This document shows, in pieces, positions 50,655 to 60,402 of a stretch of 64,000 nucleotides of DNA (positions within the stretch are counted from its first letter, which is position 1; each line of letters opens with the position of its first letter). This DNA comes from an uncultured Actinomycetes bacterium (GTDB lineage Bacteria; Actinomycetota; UBA4738; HRBIN12): NCBI GenBank assembly GCA_963821925.1, contig CAWGFO010000010.1:403-64402 (forward strand). Direction: 5' to 3'. The notes beneath the pieces were generated by a model that searched no databases, was not told the origin of the DNA, and was given only the letters and a program-made list of their open reading frames with translations. Both the position numbers and the translations under genes were made by a program.

Positions 50655-51052
50655 TGTTCCGCCGTCGCCGGTTGCCGCCCGAGCTCGAGCCGGTGCGGGA
50701 CGCGTTCGACGCCGTGCTCACGGAGGTGGAGCCCGCCAAGGCGGCGCTCGCCGACTGCATGCCGACGACCCGGCTGCCGGGTCGCCCGCTGCCGGACGCG
50801 CTGGCCGAGTACGAGGACCACCTCGAGCGCGCTCGGGCGTTGATGCCGGGCTGGGGTCACCCGGAGCTCGAGACGGAGTGGCTCGCCTGCGACACGGGGT
50901 TGGTCGATGCGCTCGCGCTCGCACGCCGGCTCCGTGAGGAGGCTCCCCAGCTCGGCGGGTTCGAGGGCTTGCTCGGCGCCGTGGAGTCGCTGATGGATCC
51001 GCTCGATCCCTTCGAGGCTGCGGCCGAACGGTTCCGGGCCCTCCGCACGTGA
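50654..51052 (+). CDS. Hypothetical protein (132 aa).
   Basis: ORF whose ATG overlaps the GDPD stop. No motifs. Confidence 0.4.
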   Translation: MFRRRRLPPELEPVRDAFDAVLTEVEPAKAALADCMPTTRLPGRPLPDALAEYEDHLERARALMPGWGHPELETEWLACDTGLVDALALARRLREEAPQLGGFEGLLGAVESLMDPLDPFEAAAERFRALRT

Positions 51053-51124
51053 CGTCCTCCCGGTGGCGGCGACGGCTCCGCGCCACGTTCCTCCCCGCGG
51101 TCGGTTCCCGGTAGGCTCCCGCCC

Positions 51125-51811
51125 ATGTCGGGGATCGATCGGGTCGACCCGGGCCTGCCGGTCGGGCCCGTCGTGGAGGGCGTCGCCGCGCGGCCCCCTG
51201 GGCCCGAGCCGCTCGCCGGACGCTGGGTGTCTCTGGCGACGCCGTCGTCGGCCCTCGCCGATGCGTTGTACCCCGCCACCCACGGTTCGCCCGAGGCGGA
51301 GGCGGTCTGGACCTACATGCCGTACGGGCCGTTCCCCGACGAGGCCGCGATGGCCGGCTGGCTCGACGGCCTCGCCGGGTCCGCGGATCCTCGGTTCTTC
51401 GCGGTGACCCTCGGCGGCGCCGCCGTCGGGGTCGTCAGCTACCTGAACGCCGTGCTGAGCGACCGTCGGATCGAGATCGGCCATATCTGGTACGTGCCCG
51501 CGGCGCAGCGCACGCGTGCGAACACCGAGGTCGCGTACCTCCTCCTGCGGCGGGCGTTCGAGGAGCTCGGGTACCGGCGTGTGGAATGGAAGTGCGACGC
51601 CTTGAACGCGCGCTCGCGCTCGGCCGCCGATCGGCTCGGCTTCACCTTCGAGGGGATCTTCCGGCAGCACATGATCGTGAAGGGTCGCAACCGCGATACC
51701 GCGTGGTTCTCGATGCTCGACGCGGAATGGCCGCGGGTCCGCCGCGCGATGGAGGCCTGGTTCGAGGCCGAGCCCGGCACCGTGTCGCTCCGCACGCTCG
51801 CCGCCGGCTGA
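51125..51811 (+). CDS. GNAT-family N-acetyltransferase (RimJ/RimL-like).
   Basis: …IEIGHIWYVPAAQRTRANTEVAYLLLRRAFEELGYRRVEWKCDALNARSRSAADRLGFTFEG…. Confidence 0.75.
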   Translation: MSGIDRVDPGLPVGPVVEGVAARPPGPEPLAGRWVSLATPSSALADALYPATHGSPEAEAVWTYMPYGPFPDEAAMAGWLDGLAGSADPRFFAVTLGGAAVGVVSYLNAVLSDRRIEIGHIWYVPAAQRTRANTEVAYLLLRRAFEELGYRRVEWKCDALNARSRSAADRLGFTFEGIFRQHMIVKGRNRDTAWFSMLDAEWPRVRRAMEAWFEAEPGTVSLRTLAAG

Positions 51812-51853
51812 CCCGGGCCGTTCTGGGGCGCGGCGCTCCGCGCCGGCCTCGGT

Positions 51854-53491
51854 ATGGTTGCCGCCATGTCGGTCGTCACCCTGATCGGGGTCGAGAAGTC
51901 GTACGGAACGTGGCCCGTGTTGCGGGGCGCCGACCTCGAGGTGCCCGCCGACGGCCGGCTCGGGATCGTGGGGCCGAACGGCGCGGGCAAGTCGACGATC
52001 CTGAAGATCATCGAGGGACGCGAGGACGTGACGGCGGGCGAGGTCGTCCGGCGCAAGGGCCTCGTCACCGCCTACCTCGAACAGAACCCCGAAGGGGACG
52101 AGCGCACGCCGGAGCAGGCCGTCCTGGCGGCGCGCCCGGACGTCGCCGAGCTCGACGCCGCGATGCGCGCCGTCGAGGCCGAGCTGGCGCGCCCCGAGGT
52201 CGTGGCGGACCTCGACCGGATGACCCGGGTGCTCGCCCGGCAGCAGGACCTGCTCGACCGCTGGGTGGCGGCGGGCGGCGCCGGTCTCGCGGGGGAGGCC
52301 CGGAGCCTCCTCGCATCGCTCGGGCTCGCCGGGGACGATCTCGAGCGGCCGACCCGACTGCTCTCGGGCGGCCAGCGCAAGCTCGTGGCGCTGGCCTCGT
52401 GCCTGATCCGCCAGCCCGACCTGCTGCTGCTCGACGAGCCCGAGACCCATCTCGACGCGGGCCGACGCGAGCTGCTCGAGGACCTGATCGCGGATTTCCC
52501 GGGCGCCGTCGTCAGCGTCTCGCACGACCGGTACCTGCTCGACGACACCGTGACGAAGATCGCGGAGCTGGACGGCGGCATGATCGCGATGTGGCCGGGT
52601 AACTACTCCGCGTACGCGGTGGCGAAGGAGATCGCGCTCCACCGGCAGCAGCAGCTCTACGTCACCCAGCAGAAGGAGATCGCGCGCCTCGAGGAGGCGA
52701 TCCGGCGCTTCAAGGACTGGGCGGACCGCGTGGTCAACGAGCGCCACATCAAGCAGGCGCGCAACAAGCAGCGCCAGATCGACCGGATGGACAAGATCGA
52801 GCGGCCGGTCTTCGAGCGCCGGAAGATGGCCCTCGAGATGCGGGCGACCCAGCGCGGTGGCAACAAGATCATCGAGCTCCGCGACGTGACGGTCGCGTTC
52901 GATGACGACCCCGTGCTGCTCGACGCGTCCGTCGCGATCTACCGCGGCGAGCGGGTCGGGGTGATCGGCGCCAACGGCGCGGGCAAGTCCGTGCTCGGGC
53001 GGGTGCTCGCCGGCACGATCGAGCCGACCTCCGGAACGCGCTGGGCGGGACCGGCCGTGGTGTTCGGCTACCTCGCGCAGGGGCACAGCGACCAGCCGCC
53101 GGACCAGACGCCGATCCAGATCCTCCGCGCCGCCAAGGCGATGTACGAGGAGGACGCCGTGTCGCTGCTCGGGCGGTTCCTCTTCCGGTACGACCAGATG
53201 CGCCTCCCGGTGGGGTCGCTCTCGGGCGGCGAACGCACGCGGCTCGACCTGTGCCTGCTGATGCTCTCGGGCGCGAACTGCCTGCTGCTGGACGAACCCA
53301 CGAACCACCTCGACATCGATTCGATGGAGGCACTCGAGTCCGCCCTCGAGGCGTTCGACGGGACCGTGATCGTGATCTCACACGACCGGTACCTCCTGGA
53401 TCGGATCCCCGACCGGATCGTCGAGGTGCGCGACGGTGGGCTCGAGATCTCCGTCGGCGGCTACGACGACTGGGCGGTCGCCCGCCGATGA
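51854..53491 (+). CDS. ABC-F family ATPase: two ABC cassettes joined by a charged linker, with no TM domain.
   Basis: GPNGAGKST and GANGAGKS Walker A motifs. LSGGQRKLV and LSGGERTRL signature motifs. Linker …QQQLYVTQQKEIARLEEAIRRFKDW…. Confidence 0.85.
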   Translation: MVAAMSVVTLIGVEKSYGTWPVLRGADLEVPADGRLGIVGPNGAGKSTILKIIEGREDVTAGEVVRRKGLVTAYLEQNPEGDERTPEQAVLAARPDVAELDAAMRAVEAELARPEVVADLDRMTRVLARQQDLLDRWVAAGGAGLAGEARSLLASLGLAGDDLERPTRLLSGGQRKLVALASCLIRQPDLLLLDEPETHLDAGRRELLEDLIADFPGAVVSVSHDRYLLDDTVTKIAELDGGMIAMWPGNYSAYAVAKEIALHRQQQLYVTQQKEIARLEEAIRRFKDWADRVVNERHIKQARNKQRQIDRMDKIERPVFERRKMALEMRATQRGGNKIIELRDVTVAFDDDPVLLDASVAIYRGERVGVIGANGAGKSVLGRVLAGTIEPTSGTRWAGPAVVFGYLAQGHSDQPPDQTPIQILRAAKAMYEEDAVSLLGRFLFRYDQMRLPVGSLSGGERTRLDLCLLMLSGANCLLLDEPTNHLDIDSMEALESALEAFDGTVIVISHDRYLLDRIPDRIVEVRDGGLEISVGGYDDWAVARR

Positions 53492-54171
53492 ACGCCTCGG
53501 AACTGGCGCACATCGAGGCCGAGATCGTGGCCTGTCGTGCGTGCCCTCGGCTGGTCGAGTGGCGGGAACGCGTCGGGCGCGAGAAGGTCGCGCGCTTCGC
53601 CGACCAGACCTACTGGGCCCGGCCGGTGCCCGGGTTCGGCGACCCCGACGCCCGCGTCGTGGTGCTCGGGCTCGCGCCTGCGGCGCACGGCGGGAACCGC
53701 ACCGGCCGCGTGTTCACGGGCGACCGGTCCGGTGACTTCCTCTACGCCTCGCTCCACCGGACGGGGTTCGCGAACCAACCGGAGAGCGTCGCGCCGGACG
53801 ACGGCCTGCGGCTCACCGGTGCGTTCGTCACGGCCGTGAACCGCTGTGCCCCGCCCGGGAACAAGCCCACGCCGGCCGAGCGCGACGCCTGCCTTCCGTA
53901 CTTGGAGCGCGAGCTCGCGGCGCTGGCAGCGCTGCGGGTGATCGTCGCCCTGGGCGGTTACGGGTGGGACGGGGCGCTCCGGGCGATGACCGGGCTCGGC
54001 CACACCGTGCGGCCGAAGCCGCGGTTCGGGCACGGCGCCGAGGCCGCGGTCGGGACCGTGACGCTCCTCGGCTGCTACCACCCGAGCCAGCAGAACACGT
54101 TCACCGGGACGCTCACCGCCCCGATGATCGACGACGTGCTGACCCGGGCCAGGGCGCTCGCCGGTCTTTGA
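53488..54171 (+). CDS. Uracil-DNA glycosylase superfamily, family 5 (UdgB-like).
   Basis: …CRACPRL… and GLAPAAHGGNRTGRVFTGD (family-5 GLAPA variant of motif A), followed by …HPSQQN…. Confidence 0.8.
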   Translation: MNASELAHIEAEIVACRACPRLVEWRERVGREKVARFADQTYWARPVPGFGDPDARVVVLGLAPAAHGGNRTGRVFTGDRSGDFLYASLHRTGFANQPESVAPDDGLRLTGAFVTAVNRCAPPGNKPTPAERDACLPYLERELAALAALRVIVALGGYGWDGALRAMTGLGHTVRPKPRFGHGAEAAVGTVTLLGCYHPSQQNTFTGTLTAPMIDDVLTRARALAGL

Positions 54172-54226
54172 CCCTCCTCGGTCGCACGACTAGCGTGGCC
54201 CTCCCGAGCCCGAGGAGGTCCTACCC

Positions 54227-54809
54227 GTGCGCAGATCCTGGTCGGTAGCCGTGCTGGCGATCGTCGTGGTGGTGCTGACGAGCGGCGCCGCGATCGGCCT
54301 GCCCAGGGGAGGCGCCTGCACGATCACGGGCACCCCGGGCCCCGACGTGCTGCGGGGGACGACCGGGCGCGACGTGATCTGCGGCCTCGGCGGCGACGAC
54401 GAGCTCCGCGGCCTCGGCGGCAACGACGAGCTCCGCGCGGGGGCGGGCAACGACTTCCTGAGCGGCGGCATCGGCGAGGATCGTGCTCCTCGGCGGCGAC
54501 GGGCGCGACACCCTGATCGGCAACGGCGGCGACGACCGGATGTTCGGCAACGCGGGCTCCGACGACGGGGTGGGCATGGGCGGCAGCGACTACCTGAACG
54601 GCGGGCCTGGGCCCGACTCGACGCTCGACGGCGGGGCCTCGGGCCGGGACACCGTGAACGGCGGGCTCGGCAACGACCACTGCATCGCCACGACCGACGG
54701 CGTCGGCAACGACACGGCGATCGGCGGGCCGGGCACCGATACCGGCTTCACGGACCCGGGCGACGCCCGCCAGGGTCTCGAGCGCGAGGAGCCCTGCTTC
54801 GCCGAGTAG
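54227..54809 (+). CDS. Secreted hemolysin-type calcium-binding (RTX-like GGxGxD) repeat protein, with a frame change near 54480.
   Basis: Signal or TM segment ([24 protein letters not shown]). Tandem nonapeptide-like repeats …[33 protein letters not shown]… continue in another frame: …[64 protein letters not shown]…. Confidence 0.6.
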
Positions 54810-54854
54810 CCCCGCGGGAATACCTCGTCGGCGCCGGCGCTTATCCTGAGTCGC

Positions 54855-56837
54855 ATGGGCCGACACCGCAGCTTCTTCGCCGTGCGCCCGGAGGAGGAGG
54901 ACCAGCGGCCGATCGACCGCGCCACCGTCCGACGGGTGATCGACACCTTCCGCCCGTACAAGGCCAAGGTGACGATCGTCGCGGTCCTGATCATCGTCAC
55001 GTCCGCCCTCGGCGTCGTGAACCCGATGCTGATCTCGAAGGTCTTCAACAACGCGCTCTTCGGCGACCCGTCGGGATCGGATAACTGCGGTGGTGCGACG
55101 TGCCCGAACCTGCCGCTCCTGTACTTCTACGTCGCGCTGATGATCGCGGTGCCGATCGTCACGAGCGCGATCGGGATCGGCCAGACCTACATGGCGAACC
55201 TCGTGGGCCTGCGCGTGATGCAGGACCTGCGCAACGCTCTCTACTCCCACCTGCAGTTCATGCCGCTGCGGTTCTTCACGACGACCCGGACCGGCGAGAT
55301 CCAGTCGCGCATCGCGAACGACGTCGGCGGCGTGCAGTCGGTCGTCACCGACACGGCCTCGAGCGTGCTCGCGAACATCGTCACGATCATCAGCACGCTG
55401 GCGGTGATGATCTGGCTCTCGGTCCCGCTCACCCTCCTGTCGCTGGCGCTGATGCCGCTCTTCCTCTGGCTGACCGTGAAGGTGGGCCGGGCGCGGCGCG
55501 ACGTCGCCACGAGCACCCAGCGCACCCTCGCCGACCTCTCGGCGATCACCGAGGAGACGCTCAGCGTGAGCGGGATCCTGCTCTCGAAGTCGTTCGGGCG
55601 ACAGCGTCACGAGATCGGGCGGTACCAGGAGGAGAACGAGCGCCTGACCGGCCTCCAGATCCGCCAGACGATGATCGGTCGCTCCTTCTTCGCGGTCGTG
55701 GGGACGTTCTTCTCGATCACCCCGGCGCTGGTGTACCTGGTGGCCGGCTGGCAGATGAGCAAGAACGGCTTCAACAGCGTGAACGCCGGCGACATCGTCG
55801 CCTTCACCACGCTCCAGTCGCGGCTCTTCTTCCCGATCGGCTCGATGCTGCAGGTCTCGACCGACGTCCACGCGTCGTTCGCGCTCTTCGATCGGATCTT
55901 CGAGTACCTCGACATGGAGCACGAGATCGAGGACAAGCCCGGCGCGGTCGTCGCCCGGCACGATGCGATCCGCGGGAAGGTCGTCCTCGATCACGTGCGG
56001 TTCCGCTACGAGACGCCGCCCGAGGCGGTGGAGGTGTCGTCGGCCGACCTCGCGCTCGCGAACGAGGCGCCGCGCGAATGGACCCTGGACGACGTGTCGT
56101 TCGAGATCCAGCCCGGACAGCTGGCTGCGCTCGTCGGACCGAGCGGCGCCGGCAAGACCACGGTCACGTACCTGGTGCCGCGGCTCTACGACGTGCAGCG
56201 AGGCAGGGTGCTGATCGACGACGTGGACGTCCGCGAGTATCAGCTGGAGTCGCTGGGCGACATCATCGGGGTGGTGACGCAGGAGACCTACCTGTTCCAC
56301 ACCACGATCAGGCGCAACCTGATGTACGGGCGGCCGGGGGCGACCCAGGAGGAGATGGAGGCCGCCGCTCGTGCCGCGAACATCCACGACCGGATCGCCG
56401 AGCTCCCCGAGGGCTACGACACGATCGTGGGGGAGCGCGGGTACAAGCTCTCGGGCGGGGAGAAGCAGCGCCTCGCGATCGCGCGCGTGGTCCTGAAGGA
56501 TCCGCGGATCCTGATCCTGGACGAGGCGACGTCATCGCTCGACACGACGTCGGAGCGGCTCGTCCAGTCCGCGCTCGAGCCGTTGATGGAGGGGCGCACG
56601 ACGATCGCGATCGCGCACCGCCTGTCGACGATCCTGAAGGCCGACGTGATCTTCGTGATCGACCGCGGCACGGTCGCCGAGCGGGGGACCCACGATGAGC
56701 TCCTCGCCCGCGGGGGCCTGTACGCCAGGCTCTACGAGCAGCAGTTCCGCGGCGGGTTGATCGAGGCCGAGTTCGAGGACGGGGTGCTGCTCGCCTCGGG
56801 CGAGGTCGTGCCCGCCGTCGACGACACCGTCGCCTGA
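54855..56837 (+). CDS. ABC exporter, fused TMD-NBD (MsbA/type I exporter architecture).
   Basis: Six-TM N-terminal domain and a C-terminal NBD ([34 protein letters not shown]). Confidence 0.9.
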   Translation: MGRHRSFFAVRPEEEDQRPIDRATVRRVIDTFRPYKAKVTIVAVLIIVTSALGVVNPMLISKVFNNALFGDPSGSDNCGGATCPNLPLLYFYVALMIAVPIVTSAIGIGQTYMANLVGLRVMQDLRNALYSHLQFMPLRFFTTTRTGEIQSRIANDVGGVQSVVTDTASSVLANIVTIISTLAVMIWLSVPLTLLSLALMPLFLWLTVKVGRARRDVATSTQRTLADLSAITEETLSVSGILLSKSFGRQRHEIGRYQEENERLTGLQIRQTMIGRSFFAVVGTFFSITPALVYLVAGWQMSKNGFNSVNAGDIVAFTTLQSRLFFPIGSMLQVSTDVHASFALFDRIFEYLDMEHEIEDKPGAVVARHDAIRGKVVLDHVRFRYETPPEAVEVSSADLALANEAPREWTLDDVSFEIQPGQLAALVGPSGAGKTTVTYLVPRLYDVQRGRVLIDDVDVREYQLESLGDIIGVVTQETYLFHTTIRRNLMYGRPGATQEEMEAAARAANIHDRIAELPEGYDTIVGERGYKLSGGEKQRLAIARVVLKDPRILILDEATSSLDTTSERLVQSALEPLMEGRTTIAIAHRLSTILKADVIFVIDRGTVAERGTHDELLARGGLYARLYEQQFRGGLIEAEFEDGVLLASGEVVPAVDDTVA

Positions 56838-56840
56838 GGC

Positions 56841-57338
56841 CTAGAGCTCGATCCGGTAGGTCAGCAGCACGAAGCCGTCGGGGAACACGCGGTCGTCGAG
56901 GCGTCGGAACCCCATCGCCTCGTACATCTGCTGCGCGGTCCTCATCCGTTCCGTCGTATGGAGCGTCACGAACGTCTTGCGGTGCTCGCGCGCGAGCTCG
57001 AAGCACCGATCGAAGAGGGCCCGCGCGATCCCACGTCGGCGGGCGAGCGGGTCGACCCCCACCATGCGGACATGGGCCTCGTCGGGATGCAGCGTGGGGT
57101 CGTCCTCGGGCTCGACCCGGTCGAAGAGCTCGAGCGTGGCACTCCCCAGGATCTGCCCCTCCTCCACCGCCACGAGGATCGTCGTGCGGTCCGCCCGGCC
57201 CTCGACGTCGGCGATATGCGTCAGGTACGCGCGCCAGTCGTCGTCGCCGTCGCGCACGAACTCGCGGTAGGCGTCGGCGGTCACGCGGCCCGCCTCGGCG
57301 AACTCGCCGGGCGTCGCCTCGCGGACCTCGATCGTCAC
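56841..57338 (-). CDS. GNAT-family acetyltransferase.
   Basis: …VGVDPLARRRGIARALFDRCFELAREH… (acetyl-CoA binding R/Q-x-x-G-x-G/A). Confidence 0.75.
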   Translation of the reverse strand: MTIEVREATPGEFAEAGRVTADAYREFVRDGDDDWRAYLTHIADVEGRADRTTILVAVEEGQILGSATLELFDRVEPEDDPTLHPDEAHVRMVGVDPLARRRGIARALFDRCFELAREHRKTFVTLHTTERMRTAQQMYEAMGFRRLDDRVFPDGFVLLTYRIEL

Positions 57339-58162
57339 GCCACGTTCACCCCGACGAGGCTCCCGATCAGGTACGTCACTGCGGCCGCCCCGCCGCCGAT
57401 CGCGAGCATGCGCAGCCCCGAGATCAGCGCCGACCGCCCGGTCAGGCGCGACGTCAGGGCGCCCACCGTGGCGAGCGCGATCGCCGTGAGCGTGGCCGAG
57501 ATCAGCACGCCGGTCGTACCGCCGACGAACAGGAACGGGATCAGCGGGATGATCGCGCCGACCGCGAACATCCCGAACGACGACGCGGCCGCGCCGACCG
57601 GCGAGCCGAGCCCCTCCTGCGGATCGATACCGAGCTCCTCGCGGGCATGGGTCTCGAGGGCCACTTCCGGGTCCTTCATGACCTCCTCGGCGACCTGGCG
57701 CGCGAGCTCGTCCGACAGGCCCTTGCGCCGGTAGATCTGCGTCAGCTCGGCGGTCTCCTCGGCGAGATCCTCGGCGCCCAGCTCGTGCGCCTCGAGGTGC
57801 AGCATGCGCTCGAGGACCTCCCGCTGGATCCGCATCGAGATGTATTCGCCCGCGGCCATCGAGAACGCGCCCGCCAGGAGGCCCGAGATGCCGGCCAGCA
57901 GGATCACGCTGCGCGACTGGTCGGCGCCCGCGAACCCCATGATCAGCGCGGCGTTCGACACGAGGCCATCGTTCACCCCGAAGATCGCCGCGCGGAGCGT
58001 GCCGGTCTTGCCGGTCCCGGACATCTGCTCGCCGTCGATCGGGCCCGGGTGGGGAAGGAGCTTGCCGGGACGGGTGCGCCGGAGGCGTCGCCGCGCCTCT
58101 TGGAGCTCCGGCAACTGCTCCTTCGTGCGGAGGTCCTCGGGCGTCGGGCCGGTCTCGCTCAT
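57335..58162 (-). CDS. VIT1/CCC1-family (DUF125) membrane transporter, a putative iron/manganese transporter.
   Basis: …AAIFGVNDGLVSNAALIMG…MAAGEYIS… and C-terminal TM helices. Confidence 0.75.
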   Translation of the reverse strand: MSETGPTPEDLRTKEQLPELQEARRRLRRTRPGKLLPHPGPIDGEQMSGTGKTGTLRAAIFGVNDGLVSNAALIMGFAGADQSRSVILLAGISGLLAGAFSMAAGEYISMRIQREVLERMLHLEAHELGAEDLAEETAELTQIYRRKGLSDELARQVAEEVMKDPEVALETHAREELGIDPQEGLGSPVGAAASSFGMFAVGAIIPLIPFLFVGGTTGVLISATLTAIALATVGALTSRLTGRSALISGLRMLAIGGGAAAVTYLIGSLVGVNVA

Positions 58163-58230
58163 GTCACGAGGATATCCCCGGGGGCGGGCGACGGACGTCG
58201 TGGACGCCGGTCAGCCGGATTGACCATCGC

Positions 58231-58683
58231 GTGCCCGCGCGGGAGCATGCGGGCATGGCGACGCAACCCGACCTCGGGCGACTCTTGTTGGAGGCCCAGC
58301 GCGCGCTCGCCGGAGAGCTCGCATTCGCCCTCGAGGAGCGCGGCTACCCCGACCTGCGGCCGGGCCACGCGGCGGTCTTCCTGCACATCGACCGGCGCAG
58401 CGGCTCGCGTCTCTCCGAGCTCGCGGTACGGGCCCGCGTGACCAAGCAGTCGATGATGCTCACGGTCGACGAGCTGGAGGCGCGCGGCTACGTGCGCCGG
58501 GCGCCCGACCGCGACGATGCCCGTGCCAAGCTGGTCCGTCTCACCACGCGGGGTCGCACGGCCGCGGCCGAATGCCGGCGGGCGGTCCAGGCCGTCGAGA
58601 CCCGCGCACGCCGCCAGCTCGGGGATCGTGCGTACGCGCAGCTCCGCGACGGGCTGGAGGAGCTGGGCGCCGCCGAGGAGTGA
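58231..58683 (+). CDS. MarR-family transcriptional regulator.
   Basis: Winged HTH …GSRLSELAVRARVTKQSMMLTVDELEARGYVRRAPDRDDARAKLVRLTTRG…. Confidence 0.8.
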   Translation: MPAREHAGMATQPDLGRLLLEAQRALAGELAFALEERGYPDLRPGHAAVFLHIDRRSGSRLSELAVRARVTKQSMMLTVDELEARGYVRRAPDRDDARAKLVRLTTRGRTAAAECRRAVQAVETRARRQLGDRAYAQLRDGLEELGAAEE

Positions 58684-58715
58684 TCCGTCGCGGCGCGGGG
58701 CAGTAGCATCGAGGC

Positions 58716-59207
58716 ATGCGTGAGGAAGCCACAGGCAAGACCGGTCTGCCCAGCGAGACGCGCAACAAGCCGGAACGCCCGCGTGACCTGCTGGGCCGGC
58801 CCCTCGCCTGGGGCGCCGAGAACGAGCTCGTGCTCGAGGACTACGACGCGCTCGGGATCGAGGAGAATCACGAGCTCGCCCGCGCGCACGTGCGGTCCGG
58901 CCGCTACTTCCCGGCGCACGAGGCCTGGGAGACGGCCTGGAAGCAGGCGCGCGACACGGGCGATGCCGAGTTCTTCAAGGGCCTCTCACAGATGGGAGCG
59001 GGCTATGTCCATCTCCTCCGCGGGAACGCCCACGGCGCCGTCACCCTCCTGCGCCGCGCGTCCGGGCGGGTGGGCGCGTATCCGGACGGGCACCGTGGCA
59101 TCCCCACGGTCGCCCTCCACGACCGGCTCGAGGCCGACGCGGCCGCCGTCGGCGCGGGCGACCTGGTGCCCGGCGAGGACGTGACCTTCGACCCGCCACC
59201 GGTCTAG
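58716..59207 (+). CDS. DUF309 domain protein.
   Basis: …FPAHEAWETAWK…FFKGLSQMGAGYVHLLRGN… matches the DUF309 pattern. Confidence 0.65.
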   Translation: MREEATGKTGLPSETRNKPERPRDLLGRPLAWGAENELVLEDYDALGIEENHELARAHVRSGRYFPAHEAWETAWKQARDTGDAEFFKGLSQMGAGYVHLLRGNAHGAVTLLRRASGRVGAYPDGHRGIPTVALHDRLEADAAAVGAGDLVPGEDVTFDPPPV

Positions 59208-59285
59208 CCGCGCGGCGCACGCGCCGTGTAGCCTTTGCCCCCAAGGCGGACCGGCGCCCGCGCCGGATCGGACGAGGAGTCGACG

Positions 59286-60002
59286 ATGGGCCAGGTCGTG
59301 AGCGAGGTCGAGTGGAAGGGCCGTACCGGCCCGTTCACCCTGGCGCTGCGCCCCGGCGTCTTCAGCCCGACGAGCACCAGCAAGACCCTCGCCGACGCGC
59401 TCGAGATCGGTCCCGACGACACCGTGATCGACGTGGGCTGCGGGAGCGGCGTGCTCGCCTTCGTGGCCGCGCGACTCGGCGCGAAGAAGGTGTACGGCTG
59501 CGATCTCTCGGGGCCGGCCGTCGAGACCGCGAGGGAGAACGCCGTACGGCTCGGTCTCGACGACGTCTGTGAGTTCCGGCAGGGCGACCTGCTCGATCCG
59601 ATGCGCGATGTCCGCGCGACCGTGCTGATCGGTGACGTCTCGGGGATCCCCGACGAGCTGGCGGCCGTCACGGGCTGGTTCGACCGGATCCCGGCCGGCG
59701 GCCCGACCGGCGCGGAGCTGCCGAGCAAGCTGCTCGGCTCGATCGGGGAGACGCTCGCTCCCGGCGGCCGCCTCTACCTGCCGACGGGATCGCTCCAGGA
59801 CGAGGCGCGGGTCCTCGCCACCGCGCGCGAGATCTTCGGCGAGAACATGGAGCCCGTACTCGATCGGGAGTTCCCGCTGCCGGACCTCGTGGCGAAGGCC
59901 GCGACGACGGCCCGCATGATGAAGGACGGGCTCCTGAACCTCCGCAAGCGCGGCAGCCGCCTCCTGTGGCACCTCCAGATCTGGCGCTGCGTCCAGGGCT
60001 GA
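59286..60002 (+). CDS. Class I SAM-dependent methyltransferase (small MTase domain).
   Basis: …VIDVGCGSGVLA… motif I and …VLIGDVSGIP…. Confidence 0.7.
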   Translation: MGQVVSEVEWKGRTGPFTLALRPGVFSPTSTSKTLADALEIGPDDTVIDVGCGSGVLAFVAARLGAKKVYGCDLSGPAVETARENAVRLGLDDVCEFRQGDLLDPMRDVRATVLIGDVSGIPDELAAVTGWFDRIPAGGPTGAELPSKLLGSIGETLAPGGRLYLPTGSLQDEARVLATAREIFGENMEPVLDREFPLPDLVAKAATTARMMKDGLLNLRKRGSRLLWHLQIWRCVQG

Positions 60003-60022
60003 AGGGCCGCCGAGCTCCGCGT

Positions 60023-60394
60023 TTAGTGCTTGCTCTCGCGCACGAAGCCGACGAGCGCCCACCCGAGCAGCGCGACGCCCGCGGGCAGGAGGATCAACCC
60101 GTACACGATCGCCGCGCCGGTCAGCACGATCCCGAGCACGATGAACACCGGCCACCCGGTGGCCTCCGGGAACTCGCCGAGCTCCTGGCCGGCGGCGTCG
60201 GCCGGCGCGCCCTCGGGATCGTCGTCGGGGAGGGACGTGCGCGTGCTCCCGGCGTGGGTGGCCCACCCCGCCACGATCAGGGGCATCACGCCCGCCACCA
60301 CGAGGAGCACGGTGCCCGTCCACTCGTAGGTGATCGTCCAGTACACGGCGCCCAGCCCGACGAAGAAGACCGCGAGCGCCCAGAAGTAGCGCAT
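60023..60394 (-). CDS. ctaF: Cytochrome c oxidase subunit IV, actinobacterial CtaF type.
   Basis: 123-aa four-helix membrane protein (MRYFWALAVFFVGLGAVYW…) located 8 bp downstream of ctaD. Confidence 0.65.
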   Translation of the reverse strand: MRYFWALAVFFVGLGAVYWTITYEWTGTVLLVVAGVMPLIVAGWATHAGSTRTSLPDDDPEGAPADAAGQELGEFPEATGWPVFIVLGIVLTGAAIVYGLILLPAGVALLGWALVGFVRESKH

Positions 60395-60402
60395 CGCGAT
60401 CC

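Noticed and set aside
49895-53308. 1137-aa minus-strand ORF antisense to GDPD, GNAT, ABC-F and UdgB.
   Set aside because: Extreme Arg/Gly/Pro bias with no motifs. The plus-strand genes underneath have clear catalytic signatures and translational coupling.
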